Assembly (NCBI GenBank): GCA_902623995.1
Contig: CACNWE010000002.1
Span: 203,282-235,281 of the forward strand
Source of the DNA: an uncultured SAR116 cluster alpha proteobacterium
GTDB taxonomy: Bacteria > Pseudomonadota > Alphaproteobacteria > Puniceispirillales > Marisalimonadaceae
DNA: 32,000 nt
Direction: 5' to 3'
Shown here: positions 1 through 8,100 of the stretch, one piece after another
Layout of the letters: every line of letters starts with the position of its first letter
Numbering within the stretch: the stretch's first letter is position 1
Notes under the pieces: generated by a model
The model's input: only the letters and a program-made list of their open reading frames with translations
What the model was told of the DNA's origin: nothing
Databases searched by the model: none
Position numbers and translations under genes: made by a program

Positions 1-536
1 AAGACTTATTAAAAAGTGATTATTTAATATTTCCAGGGGTAGGTGCTTTCGCCGAAGGAATGAAGGCTTTGGAAAATAACGATCTAAATTATTCAATAAA
101 AGAATGGGCTAATAAAGAAAGACCCTTTTTAGGAATATGTCTTGGGATGCAATTACTTTTTGAATGCAGTGAAGAATTTGGTTTTAATAAAGGCTTAGGA
201 TTAATAAAAGGTAAAGTTAATAAGTTACCTGAAAGTTTAAAACTTAAAGTTCCAAATATAACGTGGGAACGCTTGTACCATGGATCACCAGAATCTACTT
301 GCCATGATAATAAAGATAAAGTTTTTAAAAATCATGATTTTGAAAAAGATCTTTATTTTGTTCATTCTTATGCTTGCTATCCTCAAAATAATAAATCTTG
401 GTTAGCAACTACTAAATATGGTGATCATAACTTTTGTTCAGTTGTAAAAGAAAATAACATCTATGGTTTTCAGTTTCATCCTGAAAAAAGTGGAAACGCA
501 GGATTGAAGTTATTAGAAGAATTTTTAAAGTTGTGA
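1..536 (+). CDS. Class I glutamine amidotransferase, HisH-like (imidazole glycerol phosphate synthase subunit H family). The 5' end lies outside the window. Probably a glycan-cluster paralog rather than housekeeping hisH.
   Basis: The frame is open from base 3 (DLLKSDYLIFPGVGAFAEGMK...) into the listed ORF. Catalytic Cys motif FLGICLGMQLL and C-terminal GFQFHPEKS (His/Glu of the triad) are present. Stop at 534-536. The location next to glycan genes suggests a WbuY-type role. Confidence 0.8.
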   Translation, partial: DLLKSDYLIFPGVGAFAEGMKALENNDLNYSIKEWANKERPFLGICLGMQLLFECSEEFGFNKGLGLIKGKVNKLPESLKLKVPNITWERLYHGSPESTCHDNKDKVFKNHDFEKDLYFVHSYACYPQNNKSWLATTKYGDHNFCSVVKENNIYGFQFHPEKSGNAGLKLLEEFLKL

Positions 537-564
537 GAGTTTCATTTTAAATTATTATTAAACA

Positions 565-583
565 ATCCCAAATATAGTGGGAT
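565..583. terminator. Candidate bidirectional hairpin between the convergent hisH-like and cysNC genes
   Basis: ATCCCA (565-570), loop AATATAG, TGGGAT (578-583). This is a 6-bp stem in a 67-bp convergent spacer and the only G/C-containing stem there. It is weak. Confidence 0.25.
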
Positions 584-603
584 AACAATAATGTTTGCAA
601 TAA

Positions 604-2484
604 TTAAACGTTAATAATTTTTAATAAACGATTTACCGCTTCGTCAACTGTTTCTGTTTTAGTTTTAATATGTACATCCGGATTAGTTGGTATTTGGTAA
701 GAACTTCCAATACCAGTAAAATTTGGAATTTCACCTTTCCTTGCTTTTTTGTATAACCCTTTAGGATCTCTTTCTTCAGCTAATTCAAGTGGAGTGTCAA
801 TAAATATTTCAATATATTCTTTTTCTTCAAATAATTCACGTACCATTTCCCGCTCAGCTCTGAAAGGAGAAATAAAAGCAGAAATTACAACGATTCCAGC
901 ATCTACCATTAGTTTTGCAACTTCACCAATTCGTCTTATATTTTCAACTCTATCTGCGTTTGTGAAACCAAGGTCACTATTGAGGCCATGACGGATATTG
1001 TCACCATCTAAAATATAAGTGTGAATACCTTTTGCATATAATTTTTTCTCGAGTGCGTTAGCAATAGTAGATTTTCCTGAGCCAGAAATTCCTGTAAACC
1101 ACAGAACTTTGCTTATATGGCCCTTAAGTTGATTCCGTGCTTTCTTGTCAATATCAAGTTTTTGTTGATGTAAGTTATTAGCACGACGGAGTTCAAATTC
1201 TATCATGCCTGCCGCTACAGTTTGGTTGCTTATTCTATCGATTAATATAAAAGCACCTAGTGGTGGGCAGACATGATATTTTTCAAAAGCTATAAGGCGA
1301 TCAGTTTTGATTGTTACAACTAAAAGGTCATTGAGCTCTAATTGTGTTGCTGAAAGATTCTCAAAATTATTAATATTTATCTTGTGCTTTATTGATGTGA
1401 TATTAGCGTTAACTAATGTAGTACCTAATTTCAACCAAAAATTACGACCAAGATAACCGGGGTTTTGATCCATCCATACTAATGCAACTTGAAATTGGTC
1501 TGAAACTTGACATGGGTCGTCAGCCGCTACTATGACGTCTCCTCTGGATGCATCAATTTCTTTGTTAAGAGTAAGAGTTATGGATTTTCCTTGCTCTGCA
1601 CTTTGGAGTTTATCTTTAAACAATATAATATCCTTAATTGTTGCTATTTCACCTGATGGTAAAACTTTAATTGATTGACCAATATTAACTCTACCAGCCT
1701 CAATCATACCTGAAAAACCTCGAAAATTTGAATCATAGCGGTTAACCAATTGAACAGGAAATCTTAGTGGCTGATCAACAGCGGTTGATCTAGTTTCAAT
1801 AGTTTCTAAATAATTTAAGAGCGTTGGTCCTTCATACCAATTCATGTTATCAGATGAATGAGTAATATTATCTCCTTTTAATGCTGAAATTGGAATTGTG
1901 ATTACGTTTTGAAATTTAAGTGAACTAGAGAATTCTTTATATTGTTCAGATATTTGATCATAAGTAATTTGCTGATAATCCACTAAATCCATTTTATTTA
2001 TTGCCACAACAATATTTTTTATACCTAAAACTGAACAAATAATTGAATGACGACGCGTTTGCTCAAGTATACCTTGTTGTGAGTCGATTAAAATTATTGC
2101 TAACTTAGCTGTTGAAGCACCAGTTATCATATTTCTTGTGTATTGTTCATGTCCAGGAGTATCTGCAACTATAAATTTACGATTCTCTGTAGAAAAATAC
2201 CTGTATGCAACATCGATTGTTATACCCTGCTCTCTCTCGGAAGCTAATCCGTCGACTAAAAGAGCAAAATCAATATTATTTCCTTGGGTACCAATTTTTC
2301 GTGAATCAGATTGAAGTGATTTTATTTGGTCTTCAAAGATCACTTGAGCCTCAAAAAGCATTCTTCCTATAAGAGTACTTTTGCCATCATCAACACTACC
2401 ACAAGTTATAAATCTCAAAGTATCAAGTTTGGCTTGTTTGCTGAGATACTGATTAACCTCACTAACATAGGTTAATTTAGTCAT
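604..2484 (-). CDS. cysNC: Bifunctional sulfate adenylyltransferase subunit 1 / adenylylsulfate (APS) kinase (CysN-CysC fusion, NodQ-like)
   Basis: GTPase motifs [21 protein letters not shown] and NKMD in the N-terminal two thirds. The C-terminal APS kinase has P-loop [11 protein letters not shown]. The ORF track starts at TTG 2490; the ATG at 2484 (MTKLTYV...) is the likelier start, 2 nt after the cysD stop. Confidence 0.9.
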   Translation of the reverse strand: MTKLTYVSEVNQYLSKQAKLDTLRFITCGSVDDGKSTLIGRMLFEAQVIFEDQIKSLQSDSRKIGTQGNNIDFALLVDGLASEREQGITIDVAYRYFSTENRKFIVADTPGHEQYTRNMITGASTAKLAIILIDSQQGILEQTRRHSIICSVLGIKNIVVAINKMDLVDYQQITYDQISEQYKEFSSSLKFQNVITIPISALKGDNITHSSDNMNWYEGPTLLNYLETIETRSTAVDQPLRFPVQLVNRYDSNFRGFSGMIEAGRVNIGQSIKVLPSGEIATIKDIILFKDKLQSAEQGKSITLTLNKEIDASRGDVIVAADDPCQVSDQFQVALVWMDQNPGYLGRNFWLKLGTTLVNANITSIKHKININNFENLSATQLELNDLLVVTIKTDRLIAFEKYHVCPPLGAFILIDRISNQTVAAGMIEFELRRANNLHQQKLDIDKKARNQLKGHISKVLWFTGISGSGKSTIANALEKKLYAKGIHTYILDGDNIRHGLNSDLGFTNADRVENIRRIGEVAKLMVDAGIVVISAFISPFRAEREMVRELFEEKEYIEIFIDTPLELAEERDPKGLYKKARKGEIPNFTGIGSSYQIPTNPDVHIKTKTETVDEAVNRLLKIINV

Positions 2485-2486
2485 CT

Positions 2487-3986
2487 TCAAAAATATCCTT
2501 CTTGTTTTTTTATTTCCATTGAAGCAGCATTATCTACATCTATGGCTCTTCCCTGACGTTCACTAATATTTGTACTTAAAATTTCCAAAATAATGGCTTC
2601 AAGATTATTAGCTGAAGATTCAATTGCTCCGGTCAAGGGGTAACAACCAAGTGTTCTAAAACGAATTCTTTTTATTTTAATATTCTCATTAGGCTTTAAA
2701 GGAAAACGATCATCATCTACCATTATTAACATATTATCACGATTTACAACCGGCTGTTCATGTGCAAAATAAAGTGGTACAATTGGAATATTTTCACGAT
2801 AAATATATAGCCATACGTCAAGTTCTGTCCAATTTGAGATAGGAAAAACACGAAGGCTTTCATTTTGGTTTTTCTTTCCATTATATAAAGACCAAAGTTC
2901 AGGACGTTGATTTTTGGGATCCCAGCGATGAGAGGAAGTTCTAAATGAAAAAACACGCTCTTTTGCACGACTTTTTTCCTCATCTCGTCTTGCTCCTCCA
3001 AAAGCAACATCAAAATGGTAATGTTCTAAAGCTAATTTTAAAGATTGTGTTTTCATTATGTCTGTATGTATGGAAGATCCATGATCAAAGGGATTGATAT
3101 TTTTATCAACACCCTCTTGATTAACATATACTAACATATCCATTCCTACTTCTTTTGAGATATAATCACGAAAGTCATACATTGCTTTAAATTTCCAGCG
3201 TGTGTCTATGTGCAGAAGTGGAAATGGTGGTGGATTTGGATAAAATGCTTTACGTGCTAAGTGTAACATAACAGACGAATCTTTTCCAATTGAGTATAAC
3301 ATAACAGGATTGTCTGCTTCTGCCATAACTTCTCTTATGATATGAATAGATTCAGATTCAAGTCGGTCTAAATGGGTCATTTTAGTATTGGATGAGTTTA
3401 TAAAATTATGATTGGTTGTTTCTAAGATATCTGAGTAGCCATGTGAATACATTGCAAGCTCAACACAAATAGAAGATTCAGGTAAATTAATTAATTTTTT
3501 TGCATGATTTTTTTTTAAAAACTTACGTAAAAATTCAACAAGCTTACCGGATGGCAAAATCTGAATATCTCTTTTCTCAAATTGTGCAATTGCTACAAAT
3601 GCTTGTTTAAGCGTTTCATATTTTACACTATTAGTATTTAACTTTATCCAGAAACGATTTTTATCATAATCGTTTAATCCAAGGATAAACTCTTTTGATT
3701 TATGATTAACTATTTGAGCAAATAAGATTAATTTTTCTGATTTTCTTGCACATTTGATTTGTTGTTCAAGTACTAACTGTTTAGCTTTTCTACCATGTTC
3801 ATCCACTATTGACAGATTATCGAGTGGATTAAAATTTAGTTCACTTTTATTTATAGCTTTTTCAATCCTTTTGAGTAAAATTTTAGGATTATCTTTAAAT
3901 ATTTCTTGAGAAATTTCTTTAGTTGTAAATAGAGAAAAGTTGGGATAACTTTTTAGCCACTTTGATATGATTTGAGTATTTTCCAT
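2487..3986 (-). CDS. cysD: Sulfate adenylyltransferase subunit 2 (CysD/NodP) with an uninterrupted ~202-aa N-terminal extension of unknown function
   Basis: Canonical CysD begins at internal Met203 (ATG at 3378-3380 on the minus strand): [18 protein letters not shown]...[15 protein letters not shown] (PAPS-reductase-like SxGxDS loop). That leaves ~297 aa to the stop, the normal CysD size. The upstream 606 nt have no stop codon despite the extreme AT content. Confidence 0.9.
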   Translation of the reverse strand: MENTQIISKWLKSYPNFSLFTTKEISQEIFKDNPKILLKRIEKAINKSELNFNPLDNLSIVDEHGRKAKQLVLEQQIKCARKSEKLILFAQIVNHKSKEFILGLNDYDKNRFWIKLNTNSVKYETLKQAFVAIAQFEKRDIQILPSGKLVEFLRKFLKKNHAKKLINLPESSICVELAMYSHGYSDILETTNHNFINSSNTKMTHLDRLESESIHIIREVMAEADNPVMLYSIGKDSSVMLHLARKAFYPNPPPFPLLHIDTRWKFKAMYDFRDYISKEVGMDMLVYVNQEGVDKNINPFDHGSSIHTDIMKTQSLKLALEHYHFDVAFGGARRDEEKSRAKERVFSFRTSSHRWDPKNQRPELWSLYNGKKNQNESLRVFPISNWTELDVWLYIYRENIPIVPLYFAHEQPVVNRDNMLIMVDDDRFPLKPNENIKIKRIRFRTLGCYPLTGAIESSANNLEAIILEILSTNISERQGRAIDVDNAASMEIKKQEGYF

Positions 3987-4286
3987 GTTAAAACCAAAAT
4001 AAATATTTTCTTAAGATAATTCCGATTAAGTTAAAATACACACAAAGCTTTATTTTTCAATAGCCAAAAAGAAAGGATAAATAATTTCTATTATTTTAAA
4101 GATTATTACTTGATTAGAATTTGAAAATTATAAGGGATTTTTGGAAAGTTTATTGAGTTAATACTTAAATTTATATTAACATGTTGAAATTTTTTTAGCT
4201 TTAAAATTTCAAAAAACTTTGTTACTGATTATTTGTTAAATTAGTCTTATTCATAAATCATTTAAAATAAATTAATTGTAAATAAA

Positions 4287-5306
4287 ATGACGAAAAATAG
4301 TTTCAATGTATTTGTAATAACTCGTTTTGGTATTGGGCAAAATTCAAAAACTTTTTATGATCGTGAAATTCCTTATTTGGAAAACCTATTAATAAGATCA
4401 ATATTAAAACAAAAAGAATTTATAACTAAGTGGATTATATTAATTGATGTAAAAACTCCAAAATTTGTAACAGAAAAATTAAAAAAATTAATCCCCAAAG
4501 ATATCCTATTCATTTATGCACATGATGTTTTTTTATCAGGCTCTACTATGCCTAATATCACATCAATTTTGAAAAATTTGGGTATTAGAAATAAGGATAA
4601 AGTTGTTACAATTAGAGTGGATGCAGACGACATACTTTCTAACGATTATATTTCATCAGTTTTAGACGTTATAAATATTCAAAAACAAAGAAATAAATAT
4701 GATTTGATCTCTGTTGACGCAACTATAGGGATATATTTTTATCCAATACGAAATAAATTAGTAAAGGTTTTTAGAAAAAATTACAGCATTCAAGCACTAT
4801 ATTCAATTTTTGGCAGTAGTTTCAAATCTGTTCATGATGGAGGAGGTCATGGCGGGTTAGAAAAAATGGTGTTAAAGAAGGGTGGTATTTACTATCAGTT
4901 AAATAATAAAGAATTTTGGATTAGGTCTATGAGGCAACATTCGGTCTCACAATTAGGCATAAAGTTTAATGTTTTATTTGGTAGATACGAAATTATAAAA
5001 AATATTATGAAAATTTTATTAAAAAAAATTTACAATAGTAATACCTTTTACAAAGGAAGAGTGAGTGTAAAGGAATTATCCAATCGTTTCGAAATATCAG
5101 AAAAAATTGTATCTTTATTAAATTTACAGGAACAAAGTTTAGAAATAAAACAGACAGTCTTTTCACCTTTAATAAAAAAAGTTATGAAAGATAACAAAAA
5201 TAGAAATAGAACAAAAATTCAACAAGTTTTATTGAAAATGTATAAAAAAGAAAAAAGCAAAACTGCAAGAGCTAAAATAAAAAAAGAATTTTATAATTTT
5301 TATTAA
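4287..5306 (+). CDS. GT-A-like glycosyltransferase (resembles the 'putative rhamnosyl transferase' family) with a Lys-rich C-terminal tail
   Basis: N-terminal VFVITRFGIG, then SILKQKEFITKWIILIDVKTP, and a DxD-like TIRVDADDILSNDY. This pattern recalls the TRF...RLDxDD layout of that family. Recognition is from memory only. Confidence 0.5.
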   Translation: MTKNSFNVFVITRFGIGQNSKTFYDREIPYLENLLIRSILKQKEFITKWIILIDVKTPKFVTEKLKKLIPKDILFIYAHDVFLSGSTMPNITSILKNLGIRNKDKVVTIRVDADDILSNDYISSVLDVINIQKQRNKYDLISVDATIGIYFYPIRNKLVKVFRKNYSIQALYSIFGSSFKSVHDGGGHGGLEKMVLKKGGIYYQLNNKEFWIRSMRQHSVSQLGIKFNVLFGRYEIIKNIMKILLKKIYNSNTFYKGRVSVKELSNRFEISEKIVSLLNLQEQSLEIKQTVFSPLIKKVMKDNKNRNRTKIQQVLLKMYKKEKSKTARAKIKKEFYNFY

Positions 5307-5431
5307 AGATGTCACTAATTATATATATTTATAAATATACTTGTGTATTATTATGTCAGCAATTAAACCTAAACATTTCAACAAAAAGTAATATTTTTTT
5401 ATCTCTCTAACAAATATATAGTGCAAAAAAC

Positions 5432-6562
5432 ATGAGAATTGTTCATATAATTACTGGCTTAGGGGATGGAGGTGCTGAACATACACTATACAAAATTTGT
5501 AAATACGATAATTCAAATGAACATATTGTTGTCTCGCTAAACGGACTTGATAAATATGGACCTTTATTAGAAAAATTAGGTATCAAAGTTTATTGTTTGA
5601 ATTTAACTATTATTTCTATTTATAAATTTATTTTTCTGATCAAATTAATCCGTTTGTCTAAACCGCATATAGTACAAACTTGGCTCGTCCATGCTGATTT
5701 ATTAGGAGGTGTTGCTGCTAAGTTGTGTGGTGTGGAAAATATTATTTGGAATATTCGTTACTCAAATTTAGAAATTGGCAAAGCAAAGTTTTTTACAATT
5801 ATAATAATTAATTTATTGGCAAAATTATCTTTTTTAATACCTAAATTCATTGTCGTAGTCTCTAAAAAAGCTATAAAAGTTTATGAAAAACAAGGATATG
5901 ACAAAAAAAAATTTATATTTATACCAAATGGCTATGATCTTGCAATTTTAAAACCTAATAATTTTCAAAAATCAGATTTTAGAAAAAAATATAGTATAAA
6001 AAAAGAAATACCTTTGATTGGTAATGTTGCTAGGTATGATCCAAAAAAGGGTCATTTGAACTTAATGCATGCATTGTCATTACTAAAATTAAAAAATATT
6101 AATTTTTTTTGTGTCTTTATTGGTTCTAATATAACCAAGGATAATTTAGAATTAACTTCAGAAATTGAACGACTTAGTCTAGAAAATCATGTGAAATTAT
6201 TAGGACAAAATAATAATATTATAGAAGTAATGAATGGATTAGATGTTTATGTTCATAGCAGTATTTATGGAGAAGGATTTCCAAATGTAGTTGCTGAATC
6301 TATGGCTTGTGGTACACCGTGTGTTGTAACAGATGTTGGAGATGCCTCGCTGATTGTAGGTAAAACTGGATGGGTGATTCCACCTAATAATTCAAAAAAA
6401 CTTGCTTATACAATTGAAAAAGCACTTAATGAAATTGGAAAAGAAGAATGGAATAAAAGAGTTAATAATACAAGATTAAGAGTTAAAACTAATTTTGATA
6501 TTAGTATAATGATCAAATCCTACAACACTCTATGGAGCTCTATTCATAAGAAAATGACATAA
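5432..6562 (+). CDS. Glycosyltransferase family 4 (GT-B fold)
   Basis: N-terminal MRIVHIITGLGDGGAEH and C-terminal EGFPNVVAESMACGTPCVVTDVGD (E-x7-E region) are typical of GT4 retaining transferases. Confidence 0.85.
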   Translation: MRIVHIITGLGDGGAEHTLYKICKYDNSNEHIVVSLNGLDKYGPLLEKLGIKVYCLNLTIISIYKFIFLIKLIRLSKPHIVQTWLVHADLLGGVAAKLCGVENIIWNIRYSNLEIGKAKFFTIIIINLLAKLSFLIPKFIVVVSKKAIKVYEKQGYDKKKFIFIPNGYDLAILKPNNFQKSDFRKKYSIKKEIPLIGNVARYDPKKGHLNLMHALSLLKLKNINFFCVFIGSNITKDNLELTSEIERLSLENHVKLLGQNNNIIEVMNGLDVYVHSSIYGEGFPNVVAESMACGTPCVVTDVGDASLIVGKTGWVIPPNNSKKLAYTIEKALNEIGKEEWNKRVNNTRLRVKTNFDISIMIKSYNTLWSSIHKKMT

Positions 6563-6644
6563 TAATGTAACTTATAAAATATAATTGAATTATTTATATA
6601 AATCGTTATCTTATTCACAATTCTAACTAATCAAACTTATTTTT

Positions 6645-6848
6645 ATGCCACTCATATATACATTCACTACTATAATATTAATAATTACTAGCAAAAACGC
6701 TTATGCATATTTAGATCCTGGAATGGGTAGTATGATTATTCAAGGCATCATAGCTACAATTGCCGCTACAGGTTTAACAATTAAAATTTACTGGCAAAAA
6801 ATTAAGGATTTCTTTATCAAAAAGAAAAAAAAAGATAAAAAAGAATAA
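6645..6848 (+). CDS. Small (67 aa) membrane protein of unknown function
   Basis: Signal-like hydrophobic N-terminus ending AYA, then YLDPGMGSMIIQGIIATIAATGLTI (a transmembrane helix preceded by a DPGxGS motif) and a KKKKKDKKE tail. It fills the gap between two same-strand genes. No homolog recognised. Confidence 0.35.
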   Translation: MPLIYTFTTIILIITSKNAYAYLDPGMGSMIIQGIIATIAATGLTIKIYWQKIKDFFIKKKKKDKKE

Positions 6849-6911
6849 GTCTTTATTTAGTATAGTAATTAATTTATTTGATATTTATAAATCAATCTGA
6901 CAGTTAATATC

Positions 6912-8045
6912 ATGTTTAAATTTATAAAAAATATTATAAATGAGTTTAGAGATTTATTATCTTCTTTAAACATATTAGTTGATACAAAAAATACAAAACC
7001 AAAAATCATCTTTTTTTCAGAAAACAAAGTTTATCAAAAATTTTCTAAACCATTGATTGAAATAATTCTTTCTGTCAGCTCTAACAAAATATATTATTTA
7101 AGTATTGATAAAGAAGACAAAATTCACCACAAAAAAGTAAAAAATTATTATATCAGCCCTTTTTTAATAAATTTTACATTCAATAATTTGAGAGCTGAAA
7201 ATATTTTTTTAACAATTACGGATTTAGGAAATAATTTATTAAAAAAAACAAAAAATATTGATCAATATATTTACTATTTTCATTCACCTGTAAGCACTAT
7301 TAAGAATTATACTTCTAGGGCATTTGACAATTATGATACCATATTGTGCGTTGGTCAATTTCAAATAGATGAGATAAGATCAAGGGAAAAGTCAAAAAAT
7401 CTAAAGAAAAAAAAATTAATCTCTGCTGGCTACTTATATTTTGATTACCTACTAAATAATATTAATTATAACATTAATAACAAAGAAATTTTAATAGCAC
7501 CATCTTGGAATAAAGATTTAAAAAATTTTATAAATGAAAATTTTATAGAATTGATAGAAATTTTAATTGTAAAAGGATTTAAGGTTATCTTTAGGCCACA
7601 TCCTGAACATTTTAAAAGATCAAATAAAATATTACTAGGTATGAGAAATAAATTTTCAAATAAAAATTTTAAATTAGATGCTGATGACAACAATTTAAAA
7701 TCTATGGAAAAAGCAAGATGTTTAATAACGGATAGCTCTGGCATAGCAATTGAGTATATGATTGTTATGAAAAGACCAGTTTTATATCTTGACGAGTATG
7801 ATAAAATTCATAATTCTGAGTTTAGAGAACACTTAGGAAAAAAAGTGTTAGATCATGATATTAAGAAAAACTTTGGTTACATGTTTAAAAAGCATGATTT
7901 TAATAAAATTGATTTTATTATTAATGACTCAGAAAAAAAATTAGTAAAAAAAATGTCAGCACTAAATAATTTTATTAAAAAGAATTATTTTTATTTTGGA
8001 AATACAAAAACTTATTTATTTTCATATTTTAAAAAAAACATATAG
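6912..8045 (+). CDS. TagF/TagB-like CDP-alcohol phosphotransferase (CDP-glycerol glycerophosphotransferase family)
   Basis: Family-typical motifs EILIAPSWNKD (cf. LYAPTxR), VIFRPHPEH and LITDSSGIAIEYMIVMKRPVLYLDEYD (cf. LITDYSS...P.I.F..D). It lies directly upstream of the phosphonate operon. Confidence 0.65.
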   Translation: MFKFIKNIINEFRDLLSSLNILVDTKNTKPKIIFFSENKVYQKFSKPLIEIILSVSSNKIYYLSIDKEDKIHHKKVKNYYISPFLINFTFNNLRAENIFLTITDLGNNLLKKTKNIDQYIYYFHSPVSTIKNYTSRAFDNYDTILCVGQFQIDEIRSREKSKNLKKKKLISAGYLYFDYLLNNINYNINNKEILIAPSWNKDLKNFINENFIELIEILIVKGFKVIFRPHPEHFKRSNKILLGMRNKFSNKNFKLDADDNNLKSMEKARCLITDSSGIAIEYMIVMKRPVLYLDEYDKIHNSEFREHLGKKVLDHDIKKNFGYMFKKHDFNKIDFIINDSEKKLVKKMSALNNFIKKNYFYFGNTKTYLFSYFKKNI

Positions 8046-8100
8046 ATATTTAGTCAATTTAAGTTTAAAAGTAATTGGTTTAATAACAATTATTAGAATA

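Noticed and set aside
749-991. Short ORFs antisense to or nested in well-supported genes: 749-991, 2744-3013, 7466-7744, 9664-9915, 10906-11106, 14409-14705, 17744-17953, 20221-20433, 20848-21117, 22749-22991, 25697-25978, 26429-26626, 26666-26881 and 27889-28143
   Set aside because: Each lies entirely or almost entirely inside a longer ORF on the opposite strand (2744-3013 is on the same strand as cysD in another frame) whose product has clear family motifs. Their translations are low-complexity or hydrophobic with no recognisable motif. They are the expected by-product of AT-rich codon bias.
7996-8100. N-terminal 35 codons of the 468-aa ORF for the pepM fusion
   Set aside because: They overlap the end of the TagF-like gene by 50 nt. 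The sequence is non-homologous filler, and the cytidylyltransferase fold starts right at MKKKIAYVG (ATG 8101).
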